From positions 187,860,001 through 187,924,000 of the forward strand of contig NC_042998.1 in assembly GCF_006345805.1 (NCBI RefSeq): 64,000 bases of DNA, written 5' to 3'. Under the pieces are notes generated by a model that saw only the letters and a list, made by a program, of their open reading frames with translations, was not told the origin of the DNA and did not search any database. This DNA comes from Octopus sinensis. Its lineage: Eukaryota. A program made the translations under genes and the position numbers. Positions 39,866 to 52,045 of this stretch are shown here, piece after piece; the stretch's first letter is position 1; each line of letters opens with the position of its first letter.

Positions 39866-40024
39866 CAGAGTGGCTGTGTGGTAAGTAGCTTGTTTTCCAA
39901 CCACATGGTTCCGGGTTCAGTCCCACTGTGTGGCACCTTGGGCAAGTGTCTTCTACTATAGCTCGGGCCGACCAATGCCTTGTGAGTGGAATTGGTAGGC
40001 GGAAACTGAAAGAAGCCCGTCGTA

Positions 40025-40091
<67 letters not shown>

Positions 40092-40293
40092 TTGTCTGTC
40101 TGTGTTTGTCCCCCTAGCATTGCTTGACAACCGATGCTGGTGTGTTTATGTCCCCGTAACTTAGTGGTTCGGCAAAAGAGACCGATAGAATAAGTACTGG
40201 GCTTACAAAGAATAAGTCCCGGGGTCGAGTTGCTCGATTAAAGGCAGTGCTCCAGCATGGCCTCAGTCAAAATGACTGAAGCAGTAAAAGAGT
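39866..40293 (+). mobile_element. SINE-A
   Basis: Full structure. Confidence 0.9.
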
Positions 40294-40294
40294 T

Positions 40295-40682
40295 ACTAGC
40301 AGTATCGCCCGGCGTTGCTCGGGTTTGTAAGGGAAATAACTATATAAGCATTTTTAGAGAGTTATAGCCTAAAAATAGCAAAAAGATGGGAAAAAAATGA
40401 TGGTAAATTTTTTAAAAAATCGTTGATTCATCGTAGACATTTTTAGAGAGTTACTTCCCTTATATAATAGTGAAAAATGCATTAAAATGGAAAAAAATGA
40501 TGGTAAATTTTTTTTTAAATCATAGACTCATTGTAGACGTGCGCTAATACCCAGAAGGGCTTGATATGAATCACGACTATAAGATACCCGGTTTTGGTTA
40601 AACTGCACCGCAAAATGTGGGAGTAGTTAGGAATCTAAATCGTAGGAGACAGACACACAACTTCACTTTTATATATAAAGAT
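40295..40682 (+). mobile_element. Helentron-associated non-autonomous element (HINE/DINE-1-like)
   Basis: 5' ACTAGCAGTATCGCCCGGCGTTGCTCGGG hairpin, internal direct repeat, 3' AGACAGACACAC...TTTTATATATAAAGAT. Confidence 0.75.
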
Positions 40683-41801
40683 GTATTTTCTTGCATGTAC
40701 TTAACTGACACAAGAATTGTGTGCTGTTAATTACTTTCCTTCTGATTTCCTGAGATACGATCCAATGGATCAATTCACTCATAAACACCATAACTTTATA
40801 TTCCATTGTCCCACTGTTAGTAAAACTAATTATCTTTGATTGATATTGCTGATTGTCTGGTCTAAATGTTTGACTCTTCTCATTTGCAGTGTCTTGTATT
40901 CTGGCAGAAGGGTCTGATTTAACCACCAAAACCCCAACAAGGGTTAAATAGAGTATCCAATGATAAAATGGTATTAATAATAATAATAATCCTCTGTACT
41001 ATAGGCACAAGACCTGAAATTTGGGGGAGGAGGATAGTCAATTATATCGACCCCAGGGCATAACTGGTACTTATTTTATTGACCCCGAAAGAATGACAGA
41101 CAAAGTCGACTGATAATGTTGATGACAATTACTATTATTTGTTACTATTATTATTATTATTTCAAATTTTGGCACAGCCCAGTAGTTTTTGAGGGGAAGG
41201 GAAGTTGATTATGTTGACCCCAGTACTTGATTGGTACTTATTTTATCAATGCTGAAGTGATGAAAAGCAAAATTGACTTCAACAGAATTTGGACATAGAG
41301 CATACAGCTGGAAGAAATGTTAATAAGTACTTTGTCCAGTGTGCTAATGATTCCTTCAGCCTATCACCCTTAATAATAATAATGATGCTGCTGCTGATAG
41401 TAATGATTGCTTCTATCATAAGCCACGGCCAGAATTCTGAGGGGTGGGGGTTAGTTAATTAAATAATATGTGATATTAATAATAGTATAGTAGAAAGCAA
41501 TACAGAGACACTAGGTAATTATTTCTGATTCCGTGTATCTGGCCTTTGTATGAAATAATGACTAAGGAGAAATTAACCAAGGACAACTGATACATGAAAA
41601 ATAGTAAAACCAATACTAACATGTTAGTATGTTAACATTGACTACATTGTAATTGAAATGCATAGCATGTCTATGTGAATGTATAACAGAGGTAAAATTA
41701 CTGTAAACAGAGCTTGTGACCCAATTTTGATTTTCATTTAAAAATTTTTTTTACTTCACTTGCATTACTGATGATCTTTGGAAATGCATGAATGTCACAA
41801 T

Positions 41802-42373
41802 TTACTCTTTTACTCTTTTACTTGTTTCAGTCATCTGACTGTGGCCATGCTGGAGCACTGCCTTTAGTCGAGCAAACTGACCCCCAGGACTTATTCTTTG
41901 CAAGCCTATTACTTATTCTATCAGTCTCTTTTGCCGAACTGCTAAGTTACGGGGACGTAAACACACCAGCATCAGTTGTCAAGCGATGTTGGGGGGGGGA
42001 CAAACACATACAAACAAACATATACACACGCATACATATATATCATCATCATCATCATCGTTTAGTGTCCGCTTTCCATGCTAGCATGGGTTGGACGGTT
42101 CAACTGGGGTCTGGGAAGCCAGAAGGCTGCACCAGGCCCAGTCTGATCTGGCAATGTTTCTACGGCTGGATGCCCTTCCTAACGCCATATATATATATAT
42201 ATATACATACGATGGGCTTCTTTCAGTTTCCGTCTGCTAGATCCACTCACAAGGCTTTGGTCAGCCTGAGGCTATATTAGAAGATACTTGCCCAAGGTGC
42301 CATGCAGTAGGACTGAACCCGGAATCATGTGATTTGTAAGCAAGCTACTTACCACACAGCCACTCCTATGCCT
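41802..42373 (-). mobile_element. SINE-A with nested RTE 3'UTR fragment (42042-42187)
   Basis: SINE halves flank (CAT)n-CGTTTAGTGTCCGC...CCTTCCTAACGCCA, which sits in the internal (TA)n. Confidence 0.9.
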
Positions 42374-43789
42374 AAATAAATCATAATTTCTAATCTTCAT
42401 AATTTGTGTCATGTGGTCAACTTTCATCAGCCTGTCTCCTGGTTTTTGTACCTGAATATAGCTTTTCATTGATTATCAAATAATATTAGTGACAGCTTTA
42501 ATTATAAGTTCTCTCCCAATTTAGCTTGAATTTCTAATTCATTATGGCAACCCTTCAACTGAATATTTTTGTTTTGTTTGAATTATTATCTTCCACATTT
42601 GTTATTTTGTAATGTTTTGTACATCTTTTTATACTTTTTGAGGTAGTTTTTCTTCAGATTATGTTGTCACTAAACTTGAATACAGCATTATTTTTTCCCC
42701 TCAGCTTGGGCTATTGTTAAGGCAGTTTACAATTTGATTATTATATAGTTTAATACTAATAGCTAACATACATTTTGGTTCTTCTGCCCATATTGTAGCT
42801 TTTTCTGCTATTTTACATTTATATGCTATTTTACAGTTATATGCTTTTGAAATGAGATCTATTCTCTGGGACAGCTATACTAATAATTGTACTAACTGTA
42901 ATATTTGTATACCTTGTTACTTTATAAGAGACAGTGCCTTAGTAAATTGTTTTATCAGATGCATGGAGGACAAGTTGAAATCTGGACTTGGTTATCATAT
43001 GGTATTCTTGGTGAACAATTTAACAGAATGTTGAAATATACATTCTTCAAGAACAAGGCTCCATCAAACCCACGTTAAGGCTTCTGTATGAGTTGATCTG
43101 CTAATGTTGCAGGAGGATTTATGTTTTGGAACTATTTATTTTGAGTTCTAAATTCTACTGGAACGTAATGGTAGGCTTGTGATGTGGTGTAGAGTGTTGA
43201 TGCAGGGGATGTTCAGTAATCTGGAACAAAAAAAAAAAAAATTAATAAAATAAATGAAACAGGAAATTCCTAGAACAAGTCTGTCATGGAGATATTTGTT
43301 TCTGTTTCCATTGGTTACACACTTTATTTCTGTGAAGCAATATTGAATTTAAAAAAAAACAAAAATGTCATTTCATAGAATGCTTCATAAAATAACAAAT
43401 GCTCAGTATTTATTGTTGAAGCCCTACAAAAGATTTACTGTGCCCAAACAGATAAAGTGTCAACTCTTCAGTTGAAGAGTTGGTGAGGTTTTTTCCTGTC
43501 ATTGATGTTAACAATAACATGAAATATTGATATATGACAACCTTGAAATTTTGTAATGTTTTCTTTTCTTTTGCTGCAGTGTTGTGTGTTTTAATATAGA
43601 AAAAACAATATAATGTACTGTAGGAGCTTAACGAAGGAAGGCATCTCTGTTTTACTCCTTTATGTCATTTCAGTTTTCCTGTACATTTATGATTTATACA
43701 TAACTCTGAAGAACATAACTTTGACTTAATTTCACTAATAACATACCAATTGTACAGAATCTACATTTTTTTTGTACTCCTCTTTTCAT

Positions 43790-44023
43790 GACTTAATCCC
43801 TTTGTCTGTCCTTGTTTGTCCCCTCTATGTTTAGCCCCTTGTGGGTAATAAAGAAATAGGTATTTCATCTGTCGTTATGTTCTGTGTTCAAAGTCTTTCA
43901 TCTTTTCGGGGTCGATAAATAAAGTACCAGTTTCGCACTGGGGTCAATATAATCGACTTAATCCCTTTGTCTGTCCTTGTTTGTCCCCTCTATGTTTAGC
44001 TCCTTGTGGGCAATAAAGAAATA
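43790..44023 (+). mobile_element. SINE-B tail joined to a second partial SINE-B
   Basis: Tail ...AAAGAAATA|GGTATTTCATCTG, then body and second tail. Confidence 0.8.
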
Positions 44024-44553
44024 TATAGAAATATATATGCCATAACCAGGAATGGCACCCAGTACACACTGTAAAGTGGTTAGTGTTAAGAAGAGCATTC
44101 AGCTGGAGAAACTATTCCAAAGCTGACACTGGAGCTCAGCGTATCCCTTGGCTCCCTAAATTGTCAGACTTCCCCAATCCCTGCCAGCATCGAAAATGGA
44201 CTGTAAATAGTAATAATGATGATGATGGAGGAGAAGAAAATATGTTTTGAGCATATATCAGCAAAAGTATTTGTTTATATGAACACATAAGAAAACATTA
44301 TTGACTCAGAGATTTCATGTTTAGCTTAATACTCTTTTACTTGTTTCAGTCATTTGACTGCGGCCATGCTGGAGCACCGCCTTTAATCGAGCAACTCGAC
44401 CCCGGGACTTATTCTTTTGTAAGCCCAGTACTTATTCTATTGGTCTCTTGTGCCGAACCGCTAAGTAACGGGGACATAAACACACCAGCATCGGTTGTCA
44501 AGCAATGCTAAGGGGACAAACACAGACACAAACACACACGCACATATATATAT

Positions 44554-44858
44554 AACGGGAAGCTTTATGAAATAAACAAAAGACGAAGGCAGGTGGAATA
44601 CAAACAAACAATTGTATTAGTATGGCGCTCAGGAATATAAATAAAACAAGTCTTTTACGTTTCGAGCCTGCGCTCTTCAACAGAAAGATACACAGAAAAG
44701 AAACACGGAGAGAAACAAGGAGAGAAAAAAAATGCGTGCAGAAGCTAGCGAATCAACATGGCGATCTGATTCCGGCCAGAAGTCAAAGATCAAACATGAG
44801 ACGCAAGAGCGAAAATAGGGGAGATAACAGGGTCAAATGACCACGCCCCAACAAAAGG
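44554..44858 (-). mobile_element. Penelope-like pseudo-LTR/3' terminal fragment
   Basis: Non-coding; carries a hammerhead-like motif and ends at (TA)n exactly like the 2557 copy. The assignment rests on these traits, not on coding homology. Confidence 0.55.
44651..44688 (-). ncRNA. Minimal type-I hammerhead-ribozyme-like motif (variant core)
   Basis: UCUUU-CUGUUGAA-GAGC(GCAG)GCUC-GAAA-CGU-A-AAAGA: stem I UCUUU/AAAGA, stem II GAGC/GCUC, palindromic ACGU stem III, GUA cleavage triplet. Confidence 0.5.
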
Positions 44859-45222
44859 GTGTGTGTGTGTGTGTATGAGAGAGTATGTAGTGCGTATACA
44901 TATATACAACGGGCTTCTTTCAGTTTCCGTCTACCAAATCTACTCACAAGGGTTTGGTCGGCCCGAGGCTATAGTAGAAGACACTTGCCCAAGGTGCCAC
45001 GCAGTGGGACTGAACCCGGAACCATGTGGTTGGTAAACAAGCTACTTACCACACAGCCACTCCTTAAGGTTAATTTTATAATCATTATTATTAATGACTG
45101 TTATGAATTGCTGAGTCTGAAGTGAGATATTAGCAGATTGCTTTGTGTTCACAAGTTTGGTACCTCACTGTTATATTAGTTGAGGTGATACTAGGATTTG
45201 ATTTCTCTCTCGACAAAGTTCA

Positions 45223-45309
45223 GAAAGAAGCCTGTCGTATATATGTGTGTATATGTATATATATGTGTGTATATGTATATATATGTGTGTATATGTATAT
45301 GTATATATA

Positions 45310-45361
<52 letters not shown>

Positions 45362-45560
45362 CTGTATTTGTCCCCCTAGCATTGCTTGACAACTGATGCT
45401 GGTGTGTTTACGTCCCCGCCACTTAGCGGTTCGGCAAAAGAGACCGATAGAATAAGTACTGGGCTTACAAAGAATAAGTCCCGGGGTCGATTTGCTTGAC
45501 TAAAGGCGGTGCCCCAGCATGGTTGCAGTCAAATGACTGAAACAAGTAAAAGAGTAAAGT
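45223..45560 (+). mobile_element. SINE-A, 5'-truncated
   Basis: Begins at GAAAGAAGCCTGTCG. Confidence 0.85.
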
Positions 45561-45869
45561 ATGTAACAATAATATATTGGCTTCAATTCAATTGACATTT
45601 AACTCTCTCCTTTTAAAAAAAGCTGACTTTGTGCTTGGTAGTGTTAAGTAGTTAATTATTTCACAAATTACAAGGACCCATAGGGTTGCTACTTAATAAC
45701 TTTTTCTGCAGTGTTAAGCAGATAAGACAAGTATCATGCTATTTTGATGAAATGTTGGTTTATCACAGCTATCCAGAAAATGCTTTAACTGTTTTCTACA
45801 ATTAGGGTGAACTGATGCACAAAATGAAAATGTTTTGCCTCGAGACAATAAAATATTTGTTATACACAT

Positions 45870-46270
45870 GGCGCAGGAGTGGCTGTGTGGTAAGTAGCTT
45901 GCCTACCAACCACATGGTTCTGGGTTCAGTCCCACTGCATAGCATCTTGGGCAAGTGTCTTCTGCTATAGCCTCGGGCCGACCAATGCCTTGTGAGTGGA
46001 TTTGGGAGACGGAAACTGAAAGAAGCCTGTCGTATATATGTATATACATATATGTATGTATGTGTATGTATATGTTTGTCCCTCTAGCATTACTTGACAA
46101 CTGATGCTGGTGTGTTTATGTCCCCGTCACTTAGCGGTTCGGCAAAAGAGACTGATAGAATAAGTACTGGGCTTACAAAGAATAAGTCCCGGGGTCGATT
46201 TGCTCGACTAAAGGCGGTGCTCCAGCATGGCCGCAGTCAAATGACTGAAACAAGTAAAAGAGTAAAAGAG
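45870..46270 (+). mobile_element. SINE-A
   Basis: Full structure. Confidence 0.9.
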
Positions 46271-46539
46271 TATGGATTTGTACACATTATGAGCTCCAGT
46301 CCTGTATCTGATCCTTCCACTATTTTGCTTCTAGTAATCAAATGTATTAATATTTATAGTAGACGTGATGTTTCTTAAATTTTGATTTTGTTAGATTTAT
46401 CAAATTGCATTTCTTAGAAAACACAGTGCAAGCGTTCACTTTCTAGTACACCTGAACAATATGCAATGCCTGTTTTCTCTATCTCTGAAACGTATTTAGA
46501 TGAATGTTTAAATACATAGTTCATTTTAAAATTTTATGT

Positions 46540-46718
46540 ACGTGGCATGTAAAAAGCACCATTCGATTGTGGCCGTTGCCAGCCTCGCCTGGCCCCTGTG
46601 CTGGTGGCACGTAAAAAGCACCATCCGACCGTGGCCGTTTGCCAGCCTCGTCTGGCACCTGTGCCGGTGGCACATAAAAAGCACCCACTACACTCACGGA
46701 GTGGTTGGCGTAGAAACA
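46540..46718 (+). mobile_element. RTE-LINE 3'UTR fragment lacking its tail
   Basis: Family modules up to GTGGTTGGCGTAGAAAC. Confidence 0.75.
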
Positions 46719-46876
46719 CATACATACAGGCTTATCCTTTCAGGCGCAAGTGGCACTTAAAAAGCACCCATGTTGGTGCTGTGTTAATGCACCTGTACTG
46801 GTGCTGCATAAATGCACCTGTGCCGGTGACACGTGATAAGCACCCAGTATACTTTGTTAAGTGGTTGGCATTAGGA
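46719..46876 (+). repeat. Exact 158-bp inverted copy of 53838-53995 (and of its duplicate 57199-57356)
   Basis: Base-by-base comparison showed no mismatch. Confidence 0.9.
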
Positions 46877-47215
46877 TCATTCCTTTCGTTCTAATCTCAA
46901 ATCCTACCGAAGTCAAGTTAGCTTTTCATCTTTGAGGTTCGGCAAAATAAAATGCCAGTCAAATACTAGGGTCGAAGTAATCAACTAATCTCTTCCCCCA
47001 AAATCGATGGCCTTAGTCAGAAACACCTTTTTATACAGTCCCAGGTCAATCTTGCTTTAGAAGACCTACGATCAAAGGCATTTTCACTATGACAATCTTA
47101 AATGGCTTATAAACACCTTCCACGCTGCAATTGTTTTCGTTCCAGCACACGATCTCAGATCAGGTCACTTGCTATGCAAGTACATCTCTGAAAATCATCT
47201 TTTATTTTATTTTTA

Positions 47216-47435
47216 TGGTCGTTCGCCAGCCTCGTCTGGCACCTGTGTCGGTGGCACATAAAAAGCACCCACTACACTCACGGAGTGGTTGGCGTTAGGA
47301 AGGGCATCCAGCCGTAGAAACATTGCCAGATCAGACTGGGCCTGGTGCAGCCTTCTGGCTTCCCAGACCCCAGTTGAACCGTCCAACCCATGCTAGCATG
47401 GAAAGAGGATGCTAAATGATGATGATGATGATGAT
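47216..47435 (+). mobile_element. RTE-LINE 3'UTR copy
   Basis: Family body + (GAT)n. Confidence 0.85.
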
Positions 47436-47977
47436 ATTTATAGATATTCTTGAAATATGTGTCCTTGTGATTTGAACCATTTTTTCTTCAGTATATCCAA
47501 GTCACATATTTTAATTTGTAAATGTTTAGTTAATTTAATTTTTGAATACTTATTTCTATTTTATCAATACTTAATCAAATCTCTTGTAGATTTCAAATTA
47601 AGTATTGATAAATCAGACAATCCTGCTGCATATCTGCACTGCAATAACTTCTAAATATGCAACAACAATGCACTTGTTCTTAAACACACTTCTAAAGAAA
47701 TGTTCTAAAATCTACAGAAACCTACACCCTATCAGTTCAGTTAAATATTGAACTAATCATATCTTACGGACAACAATGAAAGAAGAAAGCAATTGAAGAA
47801 TTGTTAAAAATATTGTATTTGTCTCGTCTACTCTTACCATTCCCCTATGTAATCGATGATCAGTCAGTTCTACACTCTTGTGACTCAAAACATTCATAAA
47901 TAGGTCTGGCAGATGCCAATTTTGAAAACTGTAGTAGTTAGTTTTGTTTTTGTGATAATGATATATATATATATATA

Positions 47978-48465
47978 TCGTCATCATCATCATTGTTTAA
48001 CATCCACTTTCCATGCTAGCATGGGTTGGACTATTTGACTGAGGGCTGGCGAACCAGATGACTGCACCAGGCTCCAATCTGATCTGACAGTTTCTACGGC
48101 TGGATGCCCTTCCTAATGCCAACCACTCCGAGAGTGTAGTGGGTGCTCTTTACGTGCCACCGGCACAGGGGCCATTCAGGCGGTACTGGTAAGGCAGCGA
48201 GCTAGCAGAATCATTAGCACACTGGGCGAAATGCTTAGCGGTATTTCGTCTGCTGCTACGTTCTGAGTTCAAATTCGGCCGAGGTCAACTTTGCCTTTCA
48301 TCCTTTCGGGGTCGGTAATCGGCTTAATCCGTGTGTCTGTCCTTGTTTGTCCCCACTGTGTTTAGCCCCTTGTGGGTAGTAAAGAAATAGGTACTGGCAA
48401 TGGCCACACTCAAATGGTGTTTTTTTACGTGCCATCTGCACAGGAGCCAGTCCAGTGGCACTTGC

Positions 48466-48468
<3 letters not shown>
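47978..48468 (-). mobile_element. RTE-LINE 3'UTR copy with nested SINE-B
   Basis: Host sequence resumes after the SINE at GGTACTGGCAATGGCC. Confidence 0.85.
48190..48389 (+). mobile_element. SINE-B with 8-bp TSD
   Basis: TSD GGTACTGG at 48182-48189 and 48390-48397. Confidence 0.9.
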
Positions 48469-48523
<55 letters not shown>

Positions 48524-50097
48524 TCACTTTTTAAAGTTATCCTATAGACAATAGTTCAAATTATTCTTAATATTATGATAGTATGTCACAAATTGGAACA
48601 AGGAGGTGGAAGAATTGGTGAGCAAGTTAATACTTTACAATTGAGTTTGCTTTCATTCATTTTGATGTCATAGAAATAAATACCAGTGAATTGTGTATGA
48701 TTCAATCAACTATACACCTCCATATTTCTGCTGTGCTGCCAAAATTATGAACCACCTCCTAAAGATTTTTCTGAAATATTTTCTACTTAAGTTGTATTAG
48801 TGTACTCATAGCTATTTTATGATCCGTTAACAATTGTTTTTACATTTGCCTAGTTGAAAATTATGTCAAAAAAATGAGAGATTTCATTGTTGACTAGTTT
48901 GCAGTAGGAAGTGCTTCTCACTGGAAAGACATATTTCGGTTGAATATAGGCTTTATGCTTTCATTAGCTTTTTATTTCTTATGCAAGATGACTTTATGGC
49001 TGTTAATTACTCAACTGTCATGAAGTAGAAGCACTTAAAAAATATTGTAATGAAGCATGTAATATGGAATATAACATAGTTGTGGCAGCATTGGAATTTG
49101 GAATGGTTTCATCAGCAGTCACTGTTCAACCATATTCACATTAAGGTTTTTTTTTCTGTAATGTTGCAGTTAATTTTAAAACTGTATATTTCTCTTATTT
49201 TCAACTTCTGATTAGATTACTTAACTTGATTGTGAAAAATAGCCGTTTTAATAATATATCAAGTCTTTATTATTTGTAAATGTTGACATAAAATATTTAT
49301 CATTTTAAAAGTTCTTATTGAATGTTTATCAATTGAATATAATTTTGCTTTGGTTAGATTATTTATCAGCTTTAGAGTGATGAATTAGTTAAATTAATTA
49401 TTACTGTTGGCAGTAAAGTCTATAATTTGAATAAATTTGGTGCTTAATTAGTATTTGTTATCTTACATATAAATACAGATCATCACATCTCTTTGATGAA
49501 GAAGGCCATACCACAGAATTCAAAATTCAGCTTTTTGATTTTTTTGGTATGTTTATCATTGTCATTGTTTTAACTCTGACTTATCTATGCATGCATGGAA
49601 CGGACAGTATTTATTGAAGCAGATTTTCTATGGCCAGATGCCCTTCTTGTTGCCAACTTCACCTGTTTCCAAGCAAGGTAATATTTCTCCATGACCAGAC
49701 ATGTTCATGAAGTATATTGCAAATGAATGGACATTCATTTACTTTAATCATGCAATGTGAAGACAAGGAAACACAAGCATACACTGTTTCTCCCTCTCTC
49801 TCTCCTTCACACATATAAATGATAGGCTTCTTTCAGTTTCTGTCTACCAGATCCACTCACAAGACTTTGGTCAGTTTAGGACTATAATAGAAGACCCTTC
49901 TCCAAGGTACCAAGTAGTGGGACTGAACTTGAAACCATTTGGTTTGGGAACAAACCTTTTAACCACATTGTCATGTCTAAAGGAGGAAGGTGTTCAATAA
50001 TAGAGAATTTATAAGTATTTGGCAAATAAACCATTTCAGTTTTCACTTTTGCCTTCAATAGTATATTTCTGCAATACACTTATTATTTTTTGTAAGT

Positions 50098-51587
50098 GCA
50101 AAGGTTGGCTGAAACGTTCATAGGCTGACTAAAATACTCTCATAGAAAATGACCAAATAAGGTTTATTTTACAACATAGCTTTCCTTGCAGTCCACACAC
50201 TTCTTTCATTGGTGTTGTAGTGCTTGGATTCCATTGGTGAAGAAGCTATCATCCTGTTGGTCAAAAAGGTCATCAATAGCAGATATGTCATCATCACTGA
50301 GACTGGTTCTTGACCAAGTGTTTTTCCATGCTGAGGGACAGATGATTGTCAGATGGGGGCCAAATCAGGAGCATAGGTATGGTGATCAACTAGTTCAAAG
50401 CCACAGTCACACACAGCAGCCATTGAGACCAAGACTTATGTGCTAGAGCATTGTCTTGATAAAACAAGACCGCTTTTGTCAATTTTCCTGGACATTTGGT
50501 CTTGATAGCCTTTTGTAACTGCCTCAACAAGTTGGTATGGTACTTTCCAATGATGGTTTAGCCTTTTGAAGATAGTCAGTAAACAATGCCTTTTGTGTGC
50601 CAAAAAACTGAAACCATCACCTTCCTTGCAGATGAAATTACCTTGGCCTTCTTTGGAGCAGATGGGAGGGGTGTTTCTACTGCATGGATTGTCTTTTTGT
50701 CTCTGGCTTAAGGTGATGAACCCAACACTCATCTTGGATAAGGAACCATTCAAGGAGACCAGCTGGATCTGCCTAAAGCAATATCAGATTTTCCTGTGAT
50801 GTGTTTTTTATTTGGTGTCAGAAGACTGAGCAGAAACCTTTGCTATGTCAAGTTCATTGTGCATAATATTCTCAACTCTCTTATAGGATATTCTAATAAT
50901 ATTTGCTCGCCTGGCCTCCATGCCGGTGGCACATAAAAAGCACCATCCGACCGTGGTCGTTCGCCAGCCTCGTCTGGCACCTGTGTCGGTGGCACATAAA
51001 AAGCACCCACTACACTCACGGAGTGGTTGGCGTTGGGAAGGGCATCCAGCTGTAGAAACACTGCCAGATAAGACTGGAGCCTGGTGCAGCCTTCTGGCTT
51101 CCCAGACCCCAGTTGAACTGTCCAACCCATGCTAGCATGGAAAGCGGACGTTAAACGATGATGATGATTTGATTTGTAATCAGTTGCCTATCATGTGGTG
51201 AACATGATCAATGTTTTCCTAGGTGGTAGCAGTTGCAGGATGTCCATAGCTTGGGTTATCTTCAAGACACTCCCTTCCTCTCCTAAATTCAGCTTCCCAC
51301 TGTTGATAAAGCTGGAGCATCATCCCCTAATGTAGCAACCATGTCAGTATGAATGTCCTTGGAGGCTAAACCTTTTTCTGCAGGTAGATGACACTATGAT
51401 GTCAAATTATGTCCATTTTCAAGAGAAGTTGCTACTTTTGAATTTTCCTTTGAACAGTCAGTTGTCATTTTAGCTGGAAAGAGACAATGCAGTTACTAAG
51501 AAGGGTTGAAATTAATGCATGCAAGATTTCACAGCTCTAGCATCAGTCCTTCATAGTCATCCTATGAACTTTTCAGCCCACCCTTGT
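50098..51587 (-). mobile_element. Full-length decayed mariner transposon, interrupted by an RTE tail
   Basis: ~28-bp TIRs (50098-50125 and 51561-51587); minus-strand fragments KKGLASKDIHTDMVATLGDDAP, PETKRQSMQ, AVLFYQDNALAH, YAPDLAPSD (mariner YSPDLAPxD); frameshifts and stops. Confidence 0.9.
50906..51166 (+). mobile_element. RTE-LINE 3'UTR copy inside the mariner
   Basis: (GAT)n tail; possible ATTTG TSD at 50901-50905 and 51167-51171. Confidence 0.85.
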
Positions 51588-51652
51588 CAATATGCTCACC
51601 ATATCTCACTTGCCTTCATTGTTCTGATGCAATATAATAAAAAATTAAATAA

Positions 51653-52045
51653 GGCGTAGGAGTAGCTGTGTGGTAAGTAGCTTGTTTACCAACCACATGG
51701 TTCCGGGTTCAATCCCACTGTGTGGCACCTTGGGCAAGTGTCTTCTACTATAGCCTCGGGCCGACCAAAGCCTTGTGAGTGGATTTGGTAGATGGAAACT
51801 GAATAAAGCCCGTTGTATATATGTATATATATATATGTGTGTGTGTCTGTGTTTGTCCCCCCAACATTGCTTCACAACTGATGCTGGTGCGTTTACGTCC
51901 CCGTAACTTAGCGGTTCAGCAAAAGAGACTGATAGAATAAGTACTAGGCTTACAAAGAATAAGTCCTGGGGTCAACTTGCTCGACTAAAGGCAGTACTCC
52001 AGCATGGCCACAGTCAAATGACTGAAACAAGTAAAAGAGTAAAGA
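51653..52045 (+). mobile_element. SINE-A
   Basis: Full structure. Confidence 0.9.

Larger units (their letters stand above)
44330..45064 (-). mobile_element. SINE-A interrupted by a PLE-like terminus
   Basis: SINE halves at 44330-44553 and 44859-45064. Confidence 0.9.
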
